The translations under genes were made by a program, and so were the position numbers. The notes beneath the pieces are model-generated. The model did no database searches and was not told where the DNA came from. It was given only the letters and a program-made list of their open reading frames with translations. From Paraglomus brasilianum (taxonomy: Eukaryota), in assembly GCA_910592345.1 (NCBI GenBank), contig CAJVPI010000255.1:1-38571 (forward strand): a stretch of 38,571 bases of DNA, given 5' to 3'. Numbering within the stretch: the stretch's first letter is position 1; each line of letters starts with the position of its first letter. Shown in pieces: positions 11,793-23,552 of this stretch.

Positions 11793-14700
11793 TTATATTG
11801 TACAATGTTGTCGCAATAATTGCTGAGCAAGTGCCGGTGATCCACTCTCCATGTATATCATTGCCATATTGTAGGCAATATCCCTCTTAAGATCCGTCGG
11901 ATCGTCTTCATCTTCAATTTCAGCAGATGTTATCTAGGGGCAAGAAATAAATGAGAGATGAGTTAAGGACGCGTTTAAATGCTACAATTCTGGTAATTTG
12001 CAAAATAAAGTACCTGTCCTTTCTGTATCAATTCTTCTCTGAGTGATGGAAGTTTTAACGCCCTTTCATAATGTACAATAGCCAAATGATACAATCCTGT
12101 ATTTCAAATAAATACAATTAAGTACCTTATTAATCTTTTCGCACATATTCACCGTTCATATTTACCTATGGAATGAAGTGCTCTGCCAAGATTAAACTCT
12201 GCTTCTTGATTTCTATTTCTTAATTCGTAGTAGTTGTATAAATACGAAAATCCCTATAAAAAATGACCGTTAAATAGAATGTTGTAAATGTAACACATCA
12301 TAAACAACAATTATTAAAAAGTAATAACCTGAAATATTTGACAGTGTCGATTATCGGTCTGCCTTGACATAGCTCGGTGAAGATAGGCAAGTCCAAGGCA
12401 CAAGCTTATGATGGGATCATTGGGAGACAATTGATAAGCTCGAATATAATAAGCTGAATAATTAACAATACAATGTGAATTTGTTAGCTATAATTACCGA
12501 CGTCATAACATCAAGTGCATCGTCGATCATATTCACCTATTCCAGCAACATAACTTCTAGCAGAAACCAGTATATGGCCATGCAACAGAAGCAAAGCAGC
12601 ACTATGCACAGACGGCTTAAATTTGGGTTTAGACTTTTGTTCCTTATTAACAGCAATTGGCTCCGTATCAACATCCATATCTGAGTCATGTTCTTTGTCT
12701 TTGTTATTGCGTGCACGTTCAACAATCTCATCAAACGCCTTTACTTGACGAATAAAGAACTTTGCCGAGTTGGTGGATGCAAAGCACGAGACTGCGCTAT
12801 TTCCACTGTGACGAACATGTAAGCTGTATTATGCTGGCTTTTTGTTGTCAGAAACTTACTAACCTCTCGGATATCGAGATCTTATATTTACCTTGACATA
12901 CTCGCTGTGTAAAGCAAATAAGTATCCGAATAGAACTGTTTGTACATGCAGAAGAATCGAGCGCATTCACATACAACTTCAAAATTATTCCAGTACAGGG
13001 CGCATGCTGTAATATCGAACGGAACGGATAGGCATTGGATAAGTTCGCCATTAACAGTAAACATCGAGGTCGCAAGTACGAATTTTTAGTTGATATAACG
13101 GTCTGTTGTCATTATACTTACCCATTAACAACAATTTAAAAAAAATCTTGCGAGACTCATCGTGATAAAAGACACGCGCAAGACTAGCTCTCCTTAGTGT
13201 ATCACATGCTTCACTCTCATGACCGTGTTTAACTGCTATAGTTGCATACTTATCACGAAACACGTGTTGTCTAGTAAGTAACCTTTGATAATAAATGAGC
13301 AGTTCGACAGGCATTCATATATGACACGTCATAAGATACCTGAACAAAGAAGTCAAACCAGTCAGCCACTGGCACCCCTTGGAACATTACTTTACTCTGG
13401 TCCACAGGAGTCTTTTCATCATTTTCACCAGCTGATATGATATATATATTTAGTCAAACAACCATTCGGCAATTAAAATAGTTGTACATATATCTGTAAC
13501 CGATCTCTCTTTTCCAATGACTTACCAAGATTTCTCTTAAGCCGCCTAGCCATCTCCCTGGCCTGCACATCCAAATCTACGTCCTCATTTTCATCCCCTT
13601 CACCGCCTTGGACTATAGCCAAGAACAGACCCTTTCTCTTTCGTCCCCATCTCCTCCCCAAACCTCTGAACCTTGAATCTCTCGGATAAAATGCTTTCAT
13701 ATTTGACCAATCATCCATCAACGCTCTAGCAGTGTTTAAATACTCTTCAGCAGTACTATCTTCACCTGCATTTATTCTTGATGAGAGCAGGTCTAGTTGG
13801 TGGAAGCGAATACGAGTTTCTTCTCGTTTTTCGGCGGCAAACTGACGCAATTCCTCATGATGCGTTTGGGAACGAGATTGCGGGGTAGATTGATCATCCG
13901 GAATCAGAGGTAAAATAGAATCAGGGGTAGACGGATGTGATGCAGGTGAGGGAGGTGAAGGGGAGGCGGGTTGTAGAGATTGTATGTTGCTTGACGAAGG
14001 ATTTGTGTTTGTCGATATGCGTTGAAGTTGGCGAATAGTAAGAACTTCGAATGAAACGTGAGATGGTCGAGAATGTTAGATCTATATATAGTCATGTTTA
14101 CAACTCCATTCAACCCTATCTAAGGTCTTTCATTCGGTTTGGATGTTCTCCAACTCATGTTACCTTCATTAACTAGCTCTAATGCTTTTGCATCCTCGTG
14201 TAAATCTTCGTAAACTTCTGCTAAAGCCAACTTCACGTCCAAGTTATTGGGCATACCCTTAACAGCTGACCAATTAGTTACAAAATTAACGATGCGTTGT
14301 ATTTGAAAAAACAATTTTTAATTAGATATATTGTTTGAAGCTCACCAGCTTTCAAATACTCCAACGCATTCCGTAACTCGCCCAATTCTCGGTAACAAAA
14401 TCCCATTTGAATACACGCTTGGGGACATTGCGACTTTTCCTGCATAATGCATGTGTCTACCGAGTGAATATTCTTGTTACGAGTCAATTGTATTCAGGTT
14501 AACATCGGTTTACCACGATACCTTCACGGTCGATAAAATGGCTTCGTATGTAGTCAAAGCATCTTCAAACAAATTCTTATCCATTAAAGTCTCGCCAACA
14601 TCATGATACAAGTCAATATAAGACTTTATATCGTATTGGTAGAAGTATTCCAAGTGCATCTACAAGAGAAAAAATAATGAACGCGCAAAAACTACAAGTT

Positions 14701-16719
14701 CGAAAGCAAAACTCAACGACAGTACGTAGATGAAACCCATCTTTTTCCCCGATATTACCTTCCCTTCCTCTGCTTGATCCAAAAGAATTCTGCACTGTGC
14801 CAATTTTACCCTCAACTCAGCAGGTAACGGTACATTAGACCCTCCTCCACCTCTCACGCTGTTCACGTCTGTAAATTCACTCCTTCTGTTTGTTCCAACT
14901 CCCCTTTCTCCTTCGCCTTCCTCATATTCTCTATCATCATCGAAAGCGTCCCACCAAGTCTCTTTTTCTCGTCCTTGAATCCACCTCACTGCCTTCTTAA
15001 TTGCATCTATTGCCTTTTGATAGTCATTATGTAACATGTATAACTCGGCCAGCATATTTATTTCCGAATATCCAAAGGAGCCTTCGACATCAGCAATCTC
15101 TGAGTAGGGTCGACAAAGATATGAATTGAAAGCAGTCGAAAATATAGATATAGCTTGTGGAATATCATTGTTCATGATATGGATTTTGCTTATCTCGCGA
15201 ACCACGTTCATGTCGTCGGGCATTTGTTTTAAAATTGCGATATAACCTTCGAGCGCCTGTTGATAATTGCATCATTTTGGTGGGAAAAAGCTGTGAGTTA
15301 GAATGTTGAAATAAAAACATACATGCATATAAAAACATATTACCTTCTTCAATTGCCCAGTCTCTGCATAAAGGTAGGATCGATCCCACACTGCGTCCAA
15401 ATCGTTGTTGTTAGCTTTTATTGCTTTTGAATAGCAATATATGGCCTGCTTCATATGATTGTGTTTTCTAATAAATAAAGTCGTATCCACAAGATTACAG
15501 ATGTATTTCTAACTTTTCGCTCAAGCTGACAATGCCATACCGAACAGAAACTTGAATAGTTTAATCTTTAAATAAGGCCATACTATTTTTCATACCTCCG
15601 ACTCTATTTCCTCGGCTACTCTCTTACCTCGACAGCAATCCCAATCTCTTCCATAACTCTCCATCTTTAGGCGTCAAATGTGCGGCAACCATAAACAGTT
15701 GTAATGCTCTTTCGTGTTTCCCTAACTCATCATGTATCAATGCGAGAGTAAACCAAACGCGGTGTATGTTCGGGTTTCGTTTAACGATTTCTTGCAATAA
15801 TTCCGTCGCCTTTTGAAAGTCTCTGGTAACATAAAATTTATTAGCTTCGCCAATCATGGCACGGATATCTGGAGGAAGGGTAGACTCTGAGCCGCGCTAT
15901 TTGAAAAAGTGCGATAGGCGATAATGAATGTACATGCACCATAAGTAAGAAGTGTTCATAACAGAAAATTGAACAAATGGAATCGAGTAATAAAGTTATG
16001 CGAAATCCATATGTAACAAAATACACTTACAGTCCGGCGGATTTTACCAACGCCGCTAGTAAGCCGAAGATCGATGGTAAATTGACGCCATTCCTCCTCG
16101 CTACCAGCAAAGAAGCTCGGCATAGACCCTTCGGCGTCTAGTACCGTTCGCGCTGATTCGGCCTCCGCCAAAAGTCGCCTACGACAAAATTACGTGTTAT
16201 AATCGTATAGAATTACAAAACATCGAGCTAATCCAAAAAAAAAAAAAAAAAAAAGAAAAGAAAAGATTATAACATATATGAAACTCACCCAAAAGAAGGA
16301 AGCATTTCATCATCCTCGCATTCTTCACTACTACTCCCCACTTCCATGCCTTCAGCTTCTGCATCTCCTTCATCAGCTTCTTCATCAGCTTCTTCTCCGC
16401 CATCCATTTCTTCGTCCGTAAACCACATTACTTCCCCGTGCCTCCTCTCATCCCAATCTTCTGGATCAAGTAACAACTCTTCTCCGTCCTCCGATCTGCT
16501 TCCATCAAACGGCATCAATGGTGGCGCAGATGGTCCCGAGAATTCTGGTACATTTTCAAGATCAGTAATGGCAGTTTGTGTGAGATGTGGGACTGTTTCG
16601 GCGAGAAGATTGGCTATGTGGTCGTCATCATTATCATTGAGAAGCGCTAAGAAGGTTGAAGGCGGAGAGTTGGATGAGGAGGCAGCTTGCGATGTGGCCG
16701 TGGGATGGTCAGCGGACAT
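11793..16719 (-). CDS. TFC4: RNA polymerase III factor TFIIIC subunit Tfc4/tau131 (GTF3C3), TPR protein
   Basis: Acidic N-terminus, TPRs (IGEANKFYVTRDFQKATELLQEIVKRNPN..AAHLTPKDGELWKRLG), KKAVRWIQGREKETWWD, signature LAYLHRAMSRQTDNRH and C-terminal DLKRDIAYNMAMIY..LLRQHCTI* (stop 11793-11795); many short introns. Confidence 0.93.
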
Positions 16720-17370
16720 AAATTTCGGGTGAAGAAAAGCTTCATAAACCCATCGAGGTACAAGATGATGATTATCTAATTCTTCATCATGTGATGAATT
16801 AACCCCCTTTATGGTAGTAATGCAATTTCTAACTTATTAGAACGATTGCAATCAACGATTGATATACCAACTTATTATTAGTATTGCCAGTGGTTAGAAG
16901 TGAATATCGATGACTGAAGTCGCGTCTATGAAAACAGTGTAACAGACACACAATGCATTATGATCAGAATTGTTAAACAAATCCATTCTTTAAGAAAATT
17001 TCCTATTATGATACTATATAATTAACATATTCTTCGACTAAGAGTGTTGCTACAGAAATTAGTTCTGGCTGTAAGTCAATTATTGGTGTATGCATTTTTT
17101 ATTTAAGTAGTTTAAAAATTAAGGGTATAAAGAATTACCTTTTAAAAATAGCTATGTCTTAGAGCTAAGTTTTGAGAACAATGCCAACCAAATGTAAAAC
17201 CATTCAGCCAAAACCTGTCTTAATCCATTCTTTTTAATACAGGAATACCTTTAATGTTCAATCGTATAATGAAGTGTTTTCTAAAATCTAACACGAGCTT
17301 AGTAAAGAACGCACGGTAAATTAATATAGCTTATTCATATACTGTACCTAAATAATAGCAAAGTTATATA

Positions 17371-17691
17371 CACAGTGACTCTCTTTATAGTGCATCAAAA
17401 AAATCTACTAGTAAAAAATTCTCAAAAATACACTATATCGAGAGTTTTTGAAAATTTATTAGTAAATATACTATATCGGATGGGTCCGTATTATTTCGTT
17501 CCCGACAGTACATTTCACCGACAATTAACTACTAAAAAGAATAAATTCGAAATAATGTTGGTAAATATTTGTCGGTGAAATGATTGTCGCCTCCCATATC
17601 AGATAGCATGGTTTTGAACCTTTATCCACTATATCGCGATTTTAATTAGTCTCCACTATAAAGGAGGTACACTATAAAGAGAGCCACTGTG
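17371..17691. mobile_element. 321-bp MITE with Tc1/pogo-like termini and TA flanks
   Basis: TIRs CACAGTGACTCTCTTTATAGTG (17371-17392) and CACTATAAAGAGAGCCACTGTG (17670-17691), one mismatch; TA on both sides; internal (C/T)ACTATATCG repeats; no coding capacity. Confidence 0.85.
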
Positions 17692-18359
17692 TAACGAACA
17701 TTTCACCTTTCTCTTGCGTAAGGCCTCATGGCCAAGCATTTAATTATTGTTAAACATGTTGTAGATATGGGATGCACTAACTTTTTTCGTCTTTAGTATT
17801 AGGTACAGCGCCGGACAGGATCTTGATAATTTTCTTTTTTCAGAAATAGGGGTAAGTTATGAGGCCTGTATTTCGACGCGGGTTCTTTCTTCTAATTATA
17901 CTAGCATTAATGGGTGATTCTTTTGGGGTCCTTGCTGTGGAACTGACTGTAAAATGTATAAAAGGGATGTAGATTCACCTTTAGCTTCACTAGCAATAAA
18001 TCATACTAATAAATTACGCAAAACTACCTGTGATCTAACATACCTGAAAAAAAATTTTTTTCTAAATTATGTCTGCACAACAAAAAATTATCTCTGGTTT
18101 ATCTGAAACCGTAAAACTTCTTGGTTATGACATTTGTGAAATTTGAGATGGATCTGGCACTGGTAACATTTTCAAACTCTGGGAAGAAATCGATGAATTG
18201 TTCAAATAGAAATTCATGGTTATCAAAACAAGAGGATATTTTTATATAGTATGGAGTAGCAGGAAGGAAACTCTCATTTATGGGTTAGTATTAGGGCTTG
18301 AGATGCTTCCTCCCTTTAAATGCCCATTACTCCAATGATTTTTATTAGTTTAGCTCCAC

Positions 18360-21348
18360 CTAAAATATAATACTATCAAGCTTTAACTTTTTAAATTTCT
18401 CATCACCAATCATATCCTTTAAATCATCCAAACTGTGGAGGGGACTTTCTTTGCGTTTCTTGTATATCATATGACTCTCACTCTCAGTGAGGCCAATTAT
18501 CCTAAGTGACTCAGGGGCTATTGAATTTATATATATCCTTTCATTTGCTATACAAAAGAAAGAGAACACATATCAGCCAGTACTGCAATTCAAAAAAGGG
18601 ACTTCAATTAACAAACGCACCAGATGCAAATTGTGCTCGGCTGGCATATGTGTATCCATAGAACTCTTGAAATTGTTCCCTAGATACCAATGCACTGTTT
18701 TTTTTACTCCCTATCTTCAGGTCAGCTTTCGTATCTGCATTTGTTAGAAATAGTAGAGCCCAATTTTCCACTGGAACATCCTTTATAGCTTTGGTGACCT
18801 TATATATGAACCAACAATTAAATAATGCATATGCATATCCAATATTGATGAAGCAGTATTACCTTGCGATGCTCCTCATTGAATAATTTTTGGTCAATGA
18901 TCATTGGTGTAACTGCCTCAGTATCTGATAGTTTGACTTGCTTACCCAGGAATAAAGTTTTGTGTTTGTGTTTTTCAATATCAAAAAATCCAAAGACATC
19001 AAAGGGTGCCCCTGGTGCATTTAAGAACACGTGACCCATATATTCATCAATACAATCATTCTTCAAATAATCAAGTGTGATATAGCCATGTCTCACTTCC
19101 ACATTGCTGTCATATTTCACTTCTTTATTCTGGTTAGTTTTGGTAACTGAAATTATAAAAGATCAGTGTTTGAGTTTTGATGTGGTTTTTATATTACAAG
19201 AAAATCTGTAAGGTGCAATACCTGGATACCGATGTTGCAATTTATACAATTTGATATCTTCAGGAAGGACAACTTCAACATCTGGAAATTTGTTAGAAAA
19301 TGTTGCACCTTTAAGAAGTTCCTTCAACTGGATTGTCTTGCATCCTAATAATTTAAAGAGACTGAGGCGTAATGCCCAGAATTTGGCATTGAAATTCTCA
19401 AAGTTCTGCCAGAACATTGGCTCATCATACTCAAACATGGATTGCCAATACTTCATCCCAGGATTTTTGGAGCATTCAGCAAGTACACTTGCCCAAACAT
19501 AAGGTAACCTAATATAGTAGTCACCTGTAGCTTGTGGTACCAGATTCACAATTCCCATTGAACTGAGTTCCTGATAGCTCATTGATACATTGTCAACTGT
19601 GATTTTGTCATATTTGTCAACTGGCAGGCCCAATATGGCTTTCACAAGAGGTTCTGTTAACCACTGTGAGCGAAACTGTATGCGATATGTGGATTTGATA
19701 AAATTTTTGACGAACTTCATAATGTTCTCAATTTTAACTTGGTAAGGATCTTTTCCTTGTTCTGCCAACTCTTGTGAAAAGATTTTGTAGAAATACTCCA
19801 AAGTTCTCACGTGACCTCCAATGTCACCAATACCAACTCTAAAATAAGGATGGGTCTTGACATAATCATCACCAAATAGATTTATAGTCTTGCCAATCTT
19901 GATTGCATCACTCTCTTGAAGGAGGTCTAACGGAAGGGGAAGTGGTTGGTGCATAGAACCTGAGATATATTCTTCTAAAGGTCCTTCAATGGTCCCAGCC
20001 AGGATGGGAATGAAAAAAATGTTCCCAGGTGCTCTACACATCGTTCCTCCAATGGAGTTTATGAGTTTCTTTGAGGTTTGTTGGTCTACATCATACAATT
20101 TGTTGAACTCATCAATTCCAACTACCACAACCAATAGAGGATGAGAGACTGTTGCTTGTTTCATTTCCATCTTGTCAGCATAGATAACTTGAAGGGCAGT
20201 GCTCAGGGTAAAACTCGAAATGTTTGATTGATTGCAGTATGAGCGGAAGCTAGGAAAATCAAATTCACTAAAGTTATGTTGAGGTCGGAAGTACTCGAAT
20301 AAAATTCGTATTGCAAGAGATGCCTCAGTGCCAAGTGTTATATCCATATCTCCAGCAGGGGATCCATTCCCATATGTTGTGTTGATGACAGTCATGTTGG
20401 CAAAAGCATTACGGATTTCTTCATCATTGCATTTCTCAGCATATTCCTTGAGCAATTTTTCAATCTCATCGAGAAATCTGCTCTTTCCAGTTCCAGGACC
20501 GCCAGCTAAAACGGGGATTGGATGAAAGCCTTTGTCACTTTGATCACGGACTTCAAATCGGCCCAAAACCCCATTTAGCCCTGTTGACTGATCCCCATTC
20601 CAGAGCATATTAATAGTGTCATCTCGCTGAAAAAGCTCAAAGTTCCAACCGAATGTTTTAACAAGCTGAAGAGGTCAATTTGATTTTAGTCCAAGGAGCT
20701 AATACTAAGAAACACATATTAATATTTGAAGGAAATGACAAAGCTGGACAGACATACTCGGTTTCGGCCACGATTCAATGAAAATGTTTGTATCCATGCA
20801 TAGATAGAAGAAGGATCATTCCAGTCAGGCCCTAAAGCAGATGAATTTGTTAGAGATTTTTTTCTGGCACTGTTCCAACTCAAGTGATTTAACTGGAGAT
20901 ACTGTACCTTTCATATGGACTTTCTGGGAAGAACCTGCTAATGCGAAAAAATTTTTTTTATTATTATAAGCAATTATGTTGACAAAGCTTATTCTAGGAT
21001 ATCAAACTAAACCATTAGGAGACACTTACCAGTGGTGGCAGGCAACTCCACAATAATGTGGATGTGCTCACTAGGAGGTTGTCCTTTGAAAACTTGTCCA
21101 ATAGGTTTGAGATTGCTGGTCAATTTCTCACCTTCAAACTTTTCTTTGATGTTGATCCCCTCATATATCTCATGTATCTCATTTTCAGGAATATTAACTC
21201 GCCATAATATCAGAGAGTTTGCGTCAGTATTGCTAAGGGCCACACTTTTCTTCTTCTTAATGGCTCCCTTGAGATGTCCAATGGTCTTGCCTGTATCGAA
21301 ATCAACAGGAAATGCGTTCTTTTCGCCTAAAAGGATACAACCTAGCAT
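18360..21348 (-). CDS. Crinkler (CRN) family protein: CRN Ubl-like N-domain + P-loop NTPase + PD-(D/E)xK-like nuclease + C-terminal HhH-like domain, ~838 aa
   Basis: Exons 21348-21030, 20937-20908, 20831-20758, 20665-19222, 19146-18863, 18798-18621, 18547-18360 splice in frame (2517 nt). N-domain AFPVD..TIGHLKGAIK..LILWRV..HIHIIV; Walker A GGPGTGKS; Walker B VVVVGIDE; NAPGAPFD..LGKQVK nuclease-like motif; RIYINS..IYKKRKESPLHSLDDL HhH-like tail. Confidence 0.88.
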
Positions 21349-21471
21349 AATTTCGGTATATCTAATAGCGAAAATCGGGAGTTAGACGCAATGTTTACAA
21401 GTAATTTTTTCAGTAAAAATATAAATAACGACCTTTTTACATGATGACCAGTAGTCATTTTGGTTCCTTAT

Positions 21472-21522
21472 TATGACGAACGGTGAGTAATATTATAACA
21501 GACGAAATATGACGAACGGTGA
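21472..21522. repeat. 15-bp perfect direct repeat TATGACGAACGGTGA x2 upstream of the CRN gene
   Basis: Copies at 21472-21486 and 21508-21522. Confidence 0.8.
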
Positions 21523-21778
21523 ATGGTAACAAAATGAATAATACCCACATGTGGCTGATCCGATATTTATTGTCAAGCAGGACCGCCCCCAAATAAGGCA
21601 ATTGTTACACGATTCATTGGAATTGGTTTTTATACATTTTATAGTACCTTTTTGAAGACTTGCTAGTCAAACCCGCGTAGTAAAATGTGTTTGGAATGCT
21701 GAAGCTTTTGCACCATAGAATGCAATTATTCTGTGAACTTTGAATCCCACAGCTCTTTACCAATATTACTTAGCGAAA

Positions 21779-22778
21779 ATGTCAGGTAACAAGCGTTGCA
21801 CAGAGTGCCAGTCCACTGAATCAACCAAATTCCGTTCGTTGAATGATGAGAAATGGAGGAAGAGTCGTTTTGTGCAATACATGTTATATGAATTTTGTAG
21901 AGAATCCCTTAAGAAGAGGCTCTAAGCGAGCAAAAGTTGCCAATTAGGAAGAGGAAACTTCAAAGCTCGAACTTGCTGATGCCATGGGGGTGATGGCAAA
22001 AATTCTTTATGAAAGGGAATGTGTGAAGAACGAAGGTCCATTTACACTTTTGACGAAATGCAAACTTTACTAGAAGCGAGTGAACCGATTTAAAAGACTT
22101 CTTTACACAGCTTTATTCAGCAGCTCGACCATTCGAACGTAAGAAACAGACAATGGATCGTATATGGAGAAAATAATGGTTTTCGTTTGTTACTTACTTG
22201 CTTCATTGAACAATACAAAGATTAACTCGTTTAAATTTGCTCTTACGTATTATTTAGATTCAGTAGGAACAAGTAATGAGGGATTGGCTTTTGGAGGCGT
22301 TCGGAAAGATATATCAAACACGCATCAGTATCCGTTTATTATTGAAACGTCTTCCGATTGTATTAACTCATATGAACTGCCTTCTCTAGGTTACAAAATA
22401 GATTGTCATCTTCCTCGGCGTTTTGTTACTTCCAGAAAACCTGATACGTCTATTCTATGTGATTCATATACAGTATTGCGATCAGATGAGCGATGTAAGC
22501 AATGGCATCGTTCTGGCATGCGGGCATGTTTATCATAGTCATTGCCTGCAATGATGAATGTCAATTCAAATGTTCTATATGCTTGGAACACCTTCAGGAT
22601 GAGATTAAGAAAAACGTTGGTGCACTGATACAAGCATGACGAAGGAATCAGATCTATCGACGAAAATAGTGAAAACGCAACCTATGATGATTTGAGCAAT
22701 GTAGACGAAGCAATAGATGATGCATTGATGATGAATAATCTACTAGAACGAGCGAAAAATTCATTTTCAGAACTGTAA
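21779..22778 (+). pseudogene. Frameshifted, probably internally deleted relic of a Zn-finger-containing transposon-like protein
   Basis: MSGNKRCTECQS..LCNTCYMNF (GATA-like CxxC..CxxC over a frameshift), MVFVCYLLASLNNTKINSFKFALTYYLDSVGTSNEGL, and RING-like VLACGHVYHSHCL..CSICLEHL followed by an acidic tail; multiple frameshifts and stops; no obvious introns. Confidence 0.6.
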
Positions 22779-23100
22779 AAATCTGTTATGCAATAAATAT
22801 TTATGCGTTGTATTGAAGTTCTGAGCCTGCATTAGCACTTATTCCGGCTAGGGGTTAAGCGGAAATTGACCAGAGTTACCTTGATCTAAATTAGTTACTT
22901 TGTATACTAATATGTAATCTGATGACGGAAAACAACCAGACCACTTGCCCAACGCAGAAATTAGCCACGATCGTCAAACTGGCATACAAATAACATTATC
23001 GAATTTAGGTTTCTAAAGGAATTAGAACTCAATATAGAAGGGGCACACCTAGGTCGCATATCCTAACTCGGGGAATATCTTAGGTTTGAAATTAACCAAA

Positions 23101-23255
23101 AACACTGACGACGGTATCACATTTCTGTCGTCGAAAATGTGTCATAAAATATATATCAAAACACAATACTGACGACAGTGTCGCAATCCTGACGTCGGGA
23201 ATGTGTCATAAAATATACATCACAACACTGACGATGGTGTCGCATTTCTGTCGTC
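23101..23255. repeat. Tandem ~60-bp repeat (2.5 copies) with internal GACGA..TCGTC-type dyad
   Basis: Units start at 23101, 23165 and 23224: AA(C/T)ACTGACGA.....GTCGTC/GACGTC..AATGTGTCATAAAATATA. Confidence 0.85.
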
Positions 23256-23552
23256 ATGACATCTGAGTGGGAATAACCTAAACTAAGTGGAAATAACATA
23301 ATTATGTTATTTCCACTAGCTACATAATCAAATTTCACAGCACGGCTGTTAGAAAAAGGTTCATGGACTCGACCATTATCATGTGTGAAATCATTCAACC
23401 AAGTTGAAGTTTCTCGTTGGTTAAGAAAAAACATACTTGTACTTCCGATGTGACGATAATAGTAACTATATGCTTGTCTTATTATAAACAGTTTTACAAT
23501 GCCATTGCAAATGGCTCATAATGTCACGGTAATATAGAGCTGAAAGTCTCGT

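Noticed and set aside
16346..16732. Ser-rich plus-strand ORF, and similar ORFs at 7121-7552, 21032-21385, 28259-28537 and 37842-38204
   Set aside because: Antisense shadows of real coding exons; no independent motifs.
17850..18060. Splice-site-like signals on the minus strand downstream of the CRN stop
   Set aside because: No coherent ORF; could be UTR introns or chance, unsupported without RNA data.
19163..20608. 481-aa ORF as a stand-alone bacterial-type or horizontally acquired ATPase
   Set aside because: It is exon 4 of the spliced CRN gene, with canonical splice sites on both sides.
23101..23255. CRISPR-like palindromic repeats
   Set aside because: The intervening sequences are also repeated, so these are tandem duplications, not unique spacers.
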